IMG/VR virus record: IMGVR_UViG_3300045902_000324
Span: 1-64,000 of that record
DNA length: 64,000 nt
Source of the DNA: a virus
Reading direction: 5' to 3' (one strand)
Positions within the stretch are counted from its first letter, which is position 1; each line of letters opens with the position of its first letter. This document shows positions 1 through 8,982 of the stretch, piece after piece. A model generated the notes under the pieces. That model searched no databases. It saw only the letters and a program-made list of their open reading frames with translations, and was not told the origin of the DNA. Position numbers and translations under genes: made by a program.

Positions 1-344
1 TGAAGCGGCATTCCCACAAGTTCTGTGGCCAGTGGATGGTTGCGCTCCGCCAGGTACTTCACTAGTGTCAGCGCTGCGCCACACGTCACCATCATGGGCG
101 GCTTGCCCTTCTGGTATCCCGTCAACGGCTGAGCGTTGTCCAGGTACTCCTGCATCTTTGTAGCGTGCTCAGACTTGCCTGCTGCGATGTCTCTAAGTAT
201 GTGTCGCTCCTTGCCAAAGACATCGGCACAGTTAGCGGTCAGCACCCACATCCGCTTGTCTGCGTCGATGAACCCTTCTAGGTCTACCGGGGTCAGACCA
301 CCGAACCGGAATATCTTCTCTTCAAACTCGTCAATGTGTGGCAT
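1..344 (-). CDS. Partial ORF running off the left edge; possible antirepressor/Rha-like DNA-binding protein
   Basis: Not in the ORF track; manual translation from ATG 344 gives MPHIDEFEEKIFRFGGLTPVDLEGFIDADKRMWVLTANCADVFGKERH..., open to position 1. Confidence 0.5.
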   Translation of the reverse strand, partial: MPHIDEFEEKIFRFGGLTPVDLEGFIDADKRMWVLTANCADVFGKERHILRDIAAGKSEHATKMQEYLDNAQPLTGYQKGKPPMMVTCGAALTLVKYLAERNHPLATELVGMPL

Positions 345-515
345 TATCGTTTCTATTTTAGATGACGTTGTAAACCACTTTAACACCTATTTTTGAATTG
401 GGTGAAATAGCCAGAAATACCAGGTGAAAAATACGGGCTGAAACACCCATTCCCCAATTAACATAAAACGGCTAGAACATCCGCAGCGCATGGGGTTGAG
501 CCGTTTTTACCCGAA

Positions 516-1183
516 AATACCCAATTAAATTTCCCCCAAACTACCCCATGACACCACACTAGGCAATCGCTGAAACCCTTGATTTTCCGTTACTAATATT
601 CTCTGTCTAGAGAACGTGTCATGACCTGTCATGACCTGTCATGGCTATTCGAGACAGCCACAACCCTTGCCACACAATGCTTTCAGCGACCTGTCATGCT
701 GTCTCGCGGTTTTCAGATAAAAAAACACGTTTAATTGGGGGAAACGGTGTCTGAAAGGCGTTTATTGATACGTATGTACTATCTCAAAAAGGCGCATAGA
801 AGAACTGGCAGCGGCATAGAAAGATAGAAAGGGCTTTCCACATATATTTCTATATTTCTCTTAGACGCCTTTCAGCACTAGTACATTTGAACCTGTGCCA
901 GTTTTAGCGTTACTGTTAGTACAAGTGTTTGGCTCATGTCATTTCACCCAATTAAACATGATTTTTTTTATGGAAACGGCGAGACAGCATGACAGGTCAC
1001 TTACACCCCATACACACCAATGCTTACAGCCTGTCTGAGGCACCCATGACAGGTCATGACAGGTCATGACAGTATCTCTGGCTGTAGAATATTGATAACG
1101 TATTTTCAAGGGTTTTAGGCACCATCTGTGGTTTCTTCGGGGCGCCTTTTGATGGGGTAAAAGGGGTGTTTTTAATGGGTATT
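516..1183. repeat. Long imperfect palindrome A built from TGTCATGACC units
   Basis: Perfect reverse-complement blocks 617-644/1044-1071 (28 bp) and 688-707/979-998 (20 bp); outer AATACCCAATTAAA/TTTAATGGGTATT; no credible ORF. Confidence 0.9.
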
Positions 1184-1290
1184 GGGGGGCAACTCGTAGA
1201 CAGACCTTCCAGTAAGGGTTTCAGCGATCGCAGAAAAAAGTGCCTACACCCAATACTTTTACAGTGTGACAGTTGTCTATTTCAGGCATG

Positions 1291-1314
1291 AAAAAGCCGT
1301 TCGTGGGAGCGGCT
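1291..1314 (-). terminator. Intrinsic terminator after parB
   Basis: GC hairpin followed by a T-tract on the minus strand (AAAAAGCCGTTC-GTGG-GAGCGGCT on +). Confidence 0.65.
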
Positions 1315-1335
1315 GTGCGTCAACCAACCTGTGGG

Positions 1336-2445
1336 CTATTCTTCGAGCTGAGCAGCCTGGGCCGCCACCTCTAGGTGGTTAGCTCGAAAATCGTAGATAC
1401 CTTGACGAGCGCCGTACAACACCTCACCGATCACATGGGAGTCCGATGAACTAACCCCAACAAGCGATCGCCCTTCAGCGAACTTGTGGAGCGCTGCCAC
1501 CGCGTTCACTACAGCGTCAGCGAGTCTGCGTAGCTCTGGTGCATCGCTGTGGAACAGTGCCGTGTCCAACAAGTCCTGCTGCTGCCCGACCGACATAGCC
1601 TCGCGTTGCTGCATGGCGGTGAGGGCTGCTGTGAACTGGGTACCAGTGGACACCTTACCGGATTCCATTAGCGCCAGCATCTTAATCTGCTTGTCGTCGT
1701 CCAGCCTGGACATGAGCGACAGGCAGTAGGGCGAGATGCAGGAGGTCGTCTCGAACACCTGGCGGACATGGGCATGGACTCTAAACAAGTCCAGTCGTCC
1801 CGTCACCCACAGCACGCTCTTGCCGAGGGACGGCACGCCAAGTGCCTTGTCGCCCTTTGTTGCAGCTTTGATTGCTGTGGAGCGTGTTTCTTCGTCGTCT
1901 GAGAATGGCTCCAGACCGTAGGCTGTCATCCACCGCAGCAGTCCGTGAGCTTCTTCGGCAAACGTCATGTCCTTACGGCTAACGTTTTCAATGAACGCCA
2001 TAGTCTGCACGTCGCGGTCACTCAGCCCGGTGCGAACCTCAGCTCGGTACGTTGGCAGCTTGCCGAGCAAGCACGCTCTGAATCGCCGTTCGCCGTACAC
2101 CAGCATGTAGAGCGGCGTGGCGAGTTTCGTAGCGCGATCGCCCAGACCGTCGAGCGCTGCGGAGACAGTGGCAATCGATCGAACAAACAGCATGTCTGCG
2201 CCGACACCAGATTCGTTGTCTTGATCAACGCGCATTTGAAGGCGATCCAGCAAATCCCGTGCCTGCTCTACGGTCGTAACCTTTACCACAGCGCCGGGTG
2301 TATTCTGCCCGTTGCTGTTTATGTCATCAGCCAGTTCTTCTATCAGAGCTAAGTCAAAACTGCGACGGGGCTGGTTTGGGTTTGGGACGATAAACTCTGT
2401 GGGGATTGCGAGGACGGCGGAATCGGTTTTAATGCTGGTAGCCAT
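1336..2445 (-). CDS. parB: ParB/RepB/Spo0J family partition protein
   Basis: IVPNPNQPRRSF, LVYGERRFRA arginine patch, ENVSRKDMT, downstream HTH-like region. Confidence 0.9.
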   Translation of the reverse strand: MATSIKTDSAVLAIPTEFIVPNPNQPRRSFDLALIEELADDINSNGQNTPGAVVKVTTVEQARDLLDRLQMRVDQDNESGVGADMLFVRSIATVSAALDGLGDRATKLATPLYMLVYGERRFRACLLGKLPTYRAEVRTGLSDRDVQTMAFIENVSRKDMTFAEEAHGLLRWMTAYGLEPFSDDEETRSTAIKAATKGDKALGVPSLGKSVLWVTGRLDLFRVHAHVRQVFETTSCISPYCLSLMSRLDDDKQIKMLALMESGKVSTGTQFTAALTAMQQREAMSVGQQQDLLDTALFHSDAPELRRLADAVVNAVAALHKFAEGRSLVGVSSSDSHVIGEVLYGARQGIYDFRANHLEVAAQAAQLEE

Positions 2446-2474
2446 AGGGTTTAGAGGAATTGGTTGATATCTAT

Positions 2475-2504
2475 ATCGTCGTCTGTTTAACTTCTGTGTG
2501 TCAA
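2475..2504 (-). promoter_or_regulatory. Class I (sigma70-like, probably early) promoter for parB
   Basis: TTGACA-N18-GACGAT-ATAGA on the minus strand; one of 14 similar sites (see findings). Confidence 0.7.
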
Positions 2505-2517
2505 TAGTATGGACAAT

Positions 2518-2554
2518 AAAAAACCCGCCAAAGCCTTTGCTATGGCGGGTTTTG
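2518..2554. terminator. Intrinsic terminator, possibly bidirectional
   Basis: A-tract, CCCGCCA...TGGCGGG hairpin, T-tract. Confidence 0.65.
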
Positions 2555-2565
2555 GAGCTATCTGC

Positions 2566-2799
2566 TTACTTTACTTCACGGGTCAACTTGGATATCGGAA
2601 CTGCGCGTGTTGCGTTCAGTGCTGTGGACAGTTCTCCACTATTGAGAACCCGCGCAACGTGAGCGTAATCTTCTCCGTTTATTTGACCGTCTAGTACTTT
2701 GATCACCTGGTATACCCCGCTAAACGGAACGGTTCTACTTCTTTTCAAATAAAACCGCCCGCCAACTAGATCAGTCAATGTGCAACCCTCCAACGACAC
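2566..2799 (-). CDS. Hypothetical protein (likely start TTG 2778)
   Basis: GGAGG RBS then TTG inside the 28-bp repeat; ends just before a terminator. Confidence 0.5.
   Translation of the reverse strand: MSLEGCTLTDLVGGRFYLKRSRTVPFSGVYQVIKVLDGQINGEDYAHVARVLNSGELSTALNATRAVPISKLTREVK
2770..2797 (+). repeat. 28-bp direct repeat, copy 1
   Basis: ATCAGTCAATGTGCAACCCTCCAACGAC, identical to 3920-3947. Confidence 0.95.
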
Positions 2800-2837
2800 A
2801 GCGATACGATAGGACGTAGCGTTAATCTCAAACTATA

Positions 2838-3857
2838 TCAATCCGTGCAGGCACACTCATTGTTAAAGAGAGGCATAGACGAAACAGGCGCACCATCGAA
2901 AATTTCACGCATCGAGGCTTTTTTGTTAAAGGTTGCGCCTGTTTCTGCTTCTTTTCTCAAGCCCCATTCAGCTCGATCTGGGTACAGACGCTTTTGCTCT
3001 CTCATTTGTTCAGCCGTATGAAAAAAGCAGAAATCGCAGTTTGAGATCTCTGGAAAATTCCATCCTTTCTTTTCCCAATATTTGTTTACATGCGCCCTTG
3101 TGATTCGGTCTACAAACATAGGTGCCTGTCTAATTCGCCATTCGTAATTTTTAATCCATCGATGCTGCTTTTTGAACTTGCCTTCAATATCGCATTCCAG
3201 CGAAACTTTGAATTTCTCACATGCTCCAGCCGCAGACCAATCCCATTTGTTGTTAGTGCGTTCGGCTCCTAGCATTTTGTACACACGAGGAGCCTCATCG
3301 TACCTGAACCCGATGCTCATTTGAATGGGATCTGCAATGAATCTTTTTAGCGATTCTGAATACTCACCAGTTAGAATATTTGCAAACACTTCTGAAAATA
3401 TTGGCATTACTTTCATTTCTTTGGTACAAAAACGCATTGCTTGATTAGGGAGCATCTTGCGCTCCCTAATCAATTGATCGTAATTGACGCCATAGCACCA
3501 TCTGATTTCTTTTCCGAGTTCTTGTTCTAAACGAAGAACATTTAGGAGAGTCATGTCTAACTCTCGGCTTCCTTCAAATTCTGGACACTTTTGCCGAATG
3601 GCTGAAAGCAGTCCTTTATCCTGAATGCGACAGGCGGGATCTTCCGTCAGCACAAGAGCGAATACTAAATGGTCTGCTGGGTAGTGCATCGCCATATATG
3701 CAGAAGATCTGCCTCCCGATATTGAATGGACTGTCTTTCCGCCGATGTCTTTTGAAGCCGATAGCATAGATAACGCGATCTCTTCATCGTCAACTTTCAG
3801 ATCGGATAATTTTAATATTCCAAGCTGGGTTTTCAACAGTGTTACTCCTAGATGCAA
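2838..3857 (-). CDS. PAPS reductase-like (PP-loop, Cys-cluster) protein
   Basis: SISGGRSSAY PP-loop, RFCTKEMK, IGFRYDE, SNCDFCF. Confidence 0.8.
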   Translation of the reverse strand: MHLGVTLLKTQLGILKLSDLKVDDEEIALSMLSASKDIGGKTVHSISGGRSSAYMAMHYPADHLVFALVLTEDPACRIQDKGLLSAIRQKCPEFEGSRELDMTLLNVLRLEQELGKEIRWCYGVNYDQLIRERKMLPNQAMRFCTKEMKVMPIFSEVFANILTGEYSESLKRFIADPIQMSIGFRYDEAPRVYKMLGAERTNNKWDWSAAGACEKFKVSLECDIEGKFKKQHRWIKNYEWRIRQAPMFVDRITRAHVNKYWEKKGWNFPEISNCDFCFFHTAEQMREQKRLYPDRAEWGLRKEAETGATFNKKASMREIFDGAPVSSMPLFNNECACTD

Positions 3858-3919
3858 TCGAGGTTAAGATCGTTGGCACCCAGCCACGAAAATCAATATT
3901 ATGCGTGGCTGGGTTCCAA

Positions 3920-3947
3920 ATCAGTCAATGTGCAACCCTCCAACGAC
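3920..3947 (+). repeat. 28-bp direct repeat, copy 2
   Basis: Identical to 2770-2797. Confidence 0.95.
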
Positions 3948-4154
3948 GTTCGGCTGGATCTGCCTAACCCTGACATCGGCGTACTGCAACCGAAGGCGAT
4001 CGCGTTCTTCCTGTGCCTGGCTGTACAAGTGAAACTCACTATCCTTTCGCCATCCTTTTCCGTGCCCCATGTAGACTTCTACAATCCATGTCTTTTGATA
4101 GCGGGCGGCTTCGACTCGGTACATAGACCTTCTCCAATAACGTTGACTATTCAA
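3921..4154 (-). CDS. Hypothetical protein
   Basis: ORF track; stop codon lies inside repeat copy 2. Confidence 0.5.
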   Translation of the reverse strand: MNSQRYWRRSMYRVEAARYQKTWIVEVYMGHGKGWRKDSEFHLYSQAQEERDRLRLQYADVRVRQIQPNVVGGLHID

Positions 4155-4176
4155 AGCAACCTGTCAACAGATCAAC

Positions 4177-4326
4177 CTACGTTCTAGCACCACTCCCTCG
4201 GCTAGTGCTCGTCCCACCTTCTACAGGCGGCTCGTATTCAGAAACAAGCGTATGCGCGTCTGCAATCACGGATTCTGTGGGAACTGCAAAAACTAACAGC
4301 AACAGAGCAACAATCAGTGGAATCAT
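4177..4326 (-). CDS. 49-aa putative secreted peptide with PatX-like architecture
   Basis: Manual translation MIPLIVALLLLVFAVPTESVIADAHTLVSEYEPPVEGGTSTSRGSGART; hydrophobic N-terminus; class I promoter 30 nt upstream. Confidence 0.7.
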   Translation of the reverse strand: MIPLIVALLLLVFAVPTESVIADAHTLVSEYEPPVEGGTSTSRGSGART

Positions 4327-4355
4327 GAACGTGTTACCTGTGTTTACGTATCTGT

Positions 4356-4384
4356 ATCGTAAACTTTTTACTTAAGATTGTCCA
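4356..4384 (-). promoter_or_regulatory. Class I promoter for the 49-aa peptide
   Basis: TGGACA-N17-TACGAT-ACAGA. Confidence 0.65.
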
Positions 4385-4751
4385 TCGTTGGCGTCAATTT
4401 TTTGACGACAGAGAACATGTCTCGTAGCAACGTTAGATCGATCTGTGTCTCTTCGATTTGATCTTGCAGAGCGTCCACAGCGGACTGCCTTTCGATGAGC
4501 ATTGCGTCCGTCGTGGACGCTGCCAGCCGAGCGGCTTTGCGGGCAGCGTCATTCTTTAGCGTGGCATTGGCGGCGATCGCCATGTCAACTGCCGAAGCGT
4601 AGACGTTGAGTGCCGACAATGCTTCTCTAAGCTCACGCTTTAGGTCGAGCAGATTTAGCGACACCCTCGCTATCTCATGAGGAAACTCTTTTATGTCCAG
4701 TCCATCGATCCACATCTGTCGAAACGTTGGGACACGTAAGTCTGTTTGCAT
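4368..4751 (-). CDS. Hypothetical coiled-coil protein
   Basis: 127 aa helical ORF containing LKNDAARKA. Confidence 0.65.
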   Translation of the reverse strand: MQTDLRVPTFRQMWIDGLDIKEFPHEIARVSLNLLDLKRELREALSALNVYASAVDMAIAANATLKNDAARKAARLAASTTDAMLIERQSAVDALQDQIEETQIDLTLLRDMFSVVKKLTPTMDNLK

Positions 4752-4927
4752 GGGATTAACCTAATAACAACTGTGTACCGTCTGGAACCATCGACCAGGC
4801 AACCCAAGCAAAATGGCGCATGTGGTCGGGCGCTAGTATCTGCAACCGGGCTTGCCGTGCATCTCCACCGTCTAACCGGGCCACACATTCGGTGTCGGGT
4901 GCTTGCGGCAGGACGACCGGAAACGTA

Positions 4928-5467
4928 TCAGAACGGGATTGCGCTGACCGCTTGCCCGCTCCACTCGTGGTATTTCGATTCGCGTTCATACAGGGTTACA
5001 TCTCCAACCCGTGTGGACATTCCTTTCTCGAACAGGGTAGACTGCCCAGCCGCAGTTCGGCACCAGTCCCAGAAGTCTGACATCTGATCTTGGGTCAAAC
5101 CTTTGGCGATCGTAACGTGTGGATTAAAGCGCTTCGCAAGGCTTATTCCGAACGCCGATACGCTGGTCTGCGTGGTCTGAAACAGGTCAGTCAGCGGTTC
5201 ACTCTGAACTACCGGAAGGATAAGCGTTGAGGGTTTCCACACCTTCGGGAAACCGATATCAAGGTTGAACAGATCGAACCCGCTGTGCCCTTCAAGCACT
5301 TCGATCAACACATCTTTGTGATCATTGTCCAGGTTGAACGGAGGAACGATCGTGATGTGCGGCGCGGTGCTGGGCGTTTTCACCTCAATGGACTTCAGGT
5401 AGCGGCGCGTCTCGTTAACGGCTGCGCCAGCCTTTCCTCTGACTGAAACTCCGATGAAGTATTGCAT
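4928..5467 (-). CDS. 2H phosphoesterase (2'-5' RNA ligase superfamily)
   Basis: Two HxT motifs, APHITI and NPHVTI; likely start MQYFIGV at 5467. Confidence 0.85.
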   Translation of the reverse strand: MQYFIGVSVRGKAGAAVNETRRYLKSIEVKTPSTAPHITIVPPFNLDNDHKDVLIEVLEGHSGFDLFNLDIGFPKVWKPSTLILPVVQSEPLTDLFQTTQTSVSAFGISLAKRFNPHVTIAKGLTQDQMSDFWDWCRTAAGQSTLFEKGMSTRVGDVTLYERESKYHEWSGQAVSAIPF

Positions 5468-5531
5468 GTGTTTTATTTGGTGCAAAGCAGAGGGTTTAGC
5501 GCCCAAGTGAACCTGGGCGCTGCTAGTTGGG

Positions 5532-5792
5532 TTAGATGGACTGGAGCGCGTATGTCTCGTTGAAGTCCGGGGAATCGACTTGAGCGTTTGTGTAAATGGT
5601 TAGAACTTTGTTTCGGAATGAGCTTGAGAAACACCACAGGTAAGTAAACAGCCCGGATGAGGTGATGTACTGGATGTGGGAATTTGCGCGTAGGTTGTTT
5701 GCCCGAAACGCATTGCTGGAGGCTTGATCTAAGTACGGAACGAGGTTGGCTGGAATTTGGATGGAGTTCTGAATCTGTTGGGAGATAGACAT
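5532..5792 (-). CDS. Hypothetical protein
   Basis: Start MSISQQ at 5792, downstream of class I promoter 5826-5854. Confidence 0.55.
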   Translation of the reverse strand: MSISQQIQNSIQIPANLVPYLDQASSNAFRANNLRANSHIQYITSSGLFTYLWCFSSSFRNKVLTIYTNAQVDSPDFNETYALQSI

Positions 5793-5870
5793 GGTTTGGG
5801 AATGGGTGAATATGTGGATACCTGTATCGTAACAAGTTAACATCTAGTAGTCTATCGGTTTACTGTATGT

Positions 5871-6338
5871 TTACTGTAACCCGATCATCTCTACATGCTC
5901 TGCCTTCGGAGTCCACAAACCCTGCTTACCTTTTGCAAGAATCGGGTTGATCACCTGCACATCAAGCAACGGAATCGCCAGCCGCGCCAGCAACCAGTAT
6001 CCGACCATTTTTTCAAGCGGGGACACGCAACTCATATCGATCTCTCGACCCATCGTAGGGCGATCGCACATGGTAAGAGAACCGGACATCCTTGCGACTG
6101 CAACGAAAGCGCCGAGCGGGTAGTCTAAGGGAACGTCATAGCCAAGCCCCTCTAAATCTTCCAGCAACTCCCAACCAGACTCGGTCATCTTCTGCACCCC
6201 AACGTGGATTAACAGATCACCTGAGTAATTGCGCCAGGAGATCTTAGACGAGCGGGTTTCGTACTGTTTCAGTCCTGCTGCAATGAGGGTCGCCCACGGC
6301 TGGTGAAGCGTAACGGACTTGTACGTGCGTTCTGCCAT
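5871..6338 (-). CDS. ASCH domain protein
   Basis: TLHQPWATLIAAGLKQYETRS, LLIH, KGKQGLW. Confidence 0.9.
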   Translation of the reverse strand: MAERTYKSVTLHQPWATLIAAGLKQYETRSSKISWRNYSGDLLIHVGVQKMTESGWELLEDLEGLGYDVPLDYPLGAFVAVARMSGSLTMCDRPTMGREIDMSCVSPLEKMVGYWLLARLAIPLLDVQVINPILAKGKQGLWTPKAEHVEMIGLQ

Positions 6339-6339
6339 T

Positions 6340-6549
6340 CTAAATCTCCTCAAAGTCAAATCCATCGATTGAACCGACTCCCTTGGCATCTAGTACCGAG
6401 TAATCGGTGATGTCGTGGTTATGGCTAACTCGGCAGTTCCAATGCCCGTGCTCGAAAAACACGGCTATGTTCCGTTTCCCAAATTTCTTTTTAGCGGCAC
6501 GAAGAACGCGAATGCCCATTGTGGGCGTATCTCTTTCAGTTTTCAGCAT
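6340..6549 (-). CDS. Hypothetical protein
   Basis: Tightly packed in the operon. Confidence 0.6.
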   Translation of the reverse strand: MLKTERDTPTMGIRVLRAAKKKFGKRNIAVFFEHGHWNCRVSHNHDITDYSVLDAKGVGSIDGFDFEEI

Positions 6550-6785
6550 TTCAGTTTCAGCGTAATGGACTCGCCAGACTTAAGCACTTCCACACCTTTC
6601 GAAGTCGTCCAATAGTACGTGTGGACAAAGCGCCCGTCCTTTCGTACAGCAAACCCGACCAGACCGTACCTAACGAGCACTTTCATGCGCTGCCTGATAA
6701 CGCCTTGGGTCACTACATCGAGCAGCCGCGACTTGCTCACCGCGTACATAGATGGCACCCAGTCCAGCCCACGCTGCGTGGACAT
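6543..6785 (-). CDS. Winged-helix-like protein (true start may lie upstream)
   Basis: MKVLVRYGLV...YYWTTSKGVEVL wing pattern. Confidence 0.5.
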   Translation of the reverse strand: MSTQRGLDWVPSMYAVSKSRLLDVVTQGVIRQRMKVLVRYGLVGFAVRKDGRFVHTYYWTTSKGVEVLKSGESITLKLKC

Positions 6786-7039
6786 ATCTTCTATCGCCCG
6801 CAGCAGCGTTCGCCTAGACGCTTCACCCTGAGCTAGTATCGCTTTCCCCGGCCCATAACTAATGTGCGGCGTTTTGTTCTTCCTTCGGCTTAGCGATCGC
6901 CCTACATCGACCGCGATTCATACTCCGTGCAGGCAGAGGGCTGTCTTCAGCCACTTGCATTGATCTGTCCTCCTAAAAAACTCAGCACGTTTAGAAAAAT
7001 TGAACCTTTTCTGTGTCGTCTCGGATTAGTAGCAGTATG

Positions 7040-7304
7040 TCAAGTCTTTAGGAAAATACATTCAATGGCACTGTGGGCGCAGTAGTAGCACGTTTTACCT
7101 GGTATTTTCCACGATAAAACGTACATGCCAATCAGATGACAGCGTGAGCCTGCTGCCCGTGTAGCCCAGTGTGTCTGACAGTCTGCTGACTGCACTGCTA
7201 CCCACATTCTTTATGAATGTTCTGTACTGGATTTCCTTGGAGCTATCTTTTATTTCGTTGATATCGTCGCCATTCAGGTTAATGCAGCAGCCAATGTACC
7301 GCAT
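7040..7304 (-). pseudogene. Small phage protein with two apparent 1-nt deletions near the 3' end
   Basis: Adding one T and one G in homopolymers gives ...DWHVRFYRGKYQGKTCYYCAHSAIECIFLKT*. Confidence 0.5.
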
Positions 7305-7305
7305 A

Positions 7306-7788
7306 TCAGTGCTCCATGTCGTTCAAAATAATTACTCGATCACAAAACCGGGATACCAATGTCTCTCTAATTGATTCGCTTGGAAGCTTGTTGATCATTC
7401 GGTAGCACCCAGGCTCATCTTCTCCCTGAACAACAAACAGAGTTTTTTTGCTGAAGTGCTTAGTTATCTGAGCGGCATCCATCAAACAGTCAATAATCGA
7501 GTCTGCGTCTCGTCCTGCTACTGTGTACAACTCTGGGTATCGCTGCATGTGTGTTTCGTACACCCAATGACTGATTCGAGTCATTGGGCTAAACTCTCCA
7601 GCGCGTTCATCCTCTATTGCTTTGTAGAAAATGTTTCGATCTTCTGGAGTTTTGAAGTCGTATCGGTTGCAACCGCCTACACCAGCATTAGAAACTTCAC
7701 CAATTTTCTTTTTACCGAGATAGATACTAGCTGTGAACTGGGTGGTTTCTTGCCCGCCATTGACCTTTATATTTTTTAGAGAAAGCAT
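7306..7788 (-). CDS. Hypothetical protein
   Basis: 160 aa; class I promoter at 7820-7848. Confidence 0.7.
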   Translation of the reverse strand: MLSLKNIKVNGGQETTQFTASIYLGKKKIGEVSNAGVGGCNRYDFKTPEDRNIFYKAIEDERAGEFSPMTRISHWVYETHMQRYPELYTVAGRDADSIIDCLMDAAQITKHFSKKTLFVVQGEDEPGCYRMINKLPSESIRETLVSRFCDRVIILNDMEH

Positions 7789-7965
7789 CTTAGCAATTGG
7801 TTGATTGGGTGGTATCTATATCGTATGAAATTTGCGTCTATAGGTCAAGCGGTTAACGTTAAGTTTATAGTCGGCAACCGTTTCGGTGCAGCCGAAAAAC
7901 ATTGACCCATACGGCATTACTGCCTGTGGGCACTATCTGACACTGAGTACTAAAAAAGTGCAACA

Positions 7966-8412
7966 ATGCCGAGGAAATTTTCTGACATAGACCCAGGAGT
8001 GCTAACCACAATAACCACGGCGACTATGTTGGGACTAACAGACGAATCTCTGTTAGCGCTACTTCGAGCGCAGCATGGTTCCAGAATCGCGCCGAGAACG
8101 TGGGCATACTGGAAATCAAAACATCCGCAGGTCATGGACGCAATTCAGGACGGATTTGCCAACAGTGAACACATGGCCGCTCGGACGCTGTGGGGGTCTA
8201 TGACCCAGGAGCGAGATCCAGGGTTAGCGTTTAAGGCGGCTGTGCATTGGGAGCGATCGCGGCATGGCCGGCGAGACGTGCAGGAGCAGAAGATCGATAT
8301 CACCAGCAGTGATGGATCGGCTAACACCGTCCAGATCTACATCCCAGACAATAGCCGGGATTCGGTGCGGGCTACGGCGGCACCTCCAGACCTGGACGAT
8401 GACGAAGACTAG
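7966..8412 (+). CDS. Terminase small subunit (putative)
   Basis: HTH-like TWAYWKSKHP, AAVHWER, C-terminal QIYIPDNSRD typical of TerS; class II promoter at 7928. Confidence 0.75.
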   Translation: MPRKFSDIDPGVLTTITTATMLGLTDESLLALLRAQHGSRIAPRTWAYWKSKHPQVMDAIQDGFANSEHMAARTLWGSMTQERDPGLAFKAAVHWERSRHGRRDVQEQKIDITSSDGSANTVQIYIPDNSRDSVRATAAPPDLDDDED

Positions 8413-8897
8413 TCCATCGGCTTGAACTTGTGCTGCCACATCCACAGCGGGCGGCACCAGACATCATTGGGGTCGGCTGGGGCGTTGTCCGCCACACCCC
8501 GGTAGACGACCAGTGCCTCGCTCGTCTCCGTGTGGGTTCCGGCGTAACGGACTACATACAATTTGTTTGTCTTGATGTTGCGCCACAAACACCCTGTGGC
8601 TGGGTATGCCAGCGTGTTGATGTCCGTTACGTAGAACCCAGAGAACAACTGCTTGACGGAAATCCTGAGCGTGTTCGCGCCGCCAAACATTAGCGTCACA
8701 TAGTCATCGTTCGTGAATACGGTTTCGCCGTCTTTGCCTGCTTTTACAACACAAGCACCGATGTCTTCCGTGGTGCCATTACACTTCCTGGCAACAATGT
8801 ACAGGCGATCGCCAGTCTTTAGCGTGTACTGGCTGAAATCTAGAGATAGCATTTCGCCTGCGACTGTGCTGGTCACTTCGTTTTTTTCTACGTTCAT
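8409..8897 (-). CDS. Protein with C-terminal DUF1653-like domain
   Basis: WRNIKTNKLYVV...HTETSEALVVYR...VWCRPLWMW; likely start 8897. Confidence 0.7.
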   Translation of the reverse strand: MNVEKNEVTSTVAGEMLSLDFSQYTLKTGDRLYIVARKCNGTTEDIGACVVKAGKDGETVFTNDDYVTLMFGGANTLRISVKQLFSGFYVTDINTLAYPATGCLWRNIKTNKLYVVRYAGTHTETSEALVVYRGVADNAPADPNDVWCRPLWMWQHKFKPMD

Positions 8898-8982
8898 GAT
8901 GCGCGTCCTATTTCTATTTTTCAATCGATTTAAGCGGGGGCATTTTGTCGGTGACGCAGGGCGATCGCACCGCCCCAGGTAA

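Noticed and set aside
346-374. Class I promoter TTTACA-N17-AACGAT (similar site at 19473-19501)
   Set aside because: The -10 box would lie 1-2 nt from the ATG, too close to serve that gene
617-1071. CRISPR array from the tandem TGTCATGACC units
   Set aside because: The units are 10 bp, abut without unique spacers and occur in inverted orientation; no cas genes are present
4177-4200. Calling the peptide patX or patS
   Set aside because: The motif is RGSGAR, not RG(S/T)GR, so no gene symbol is assigned
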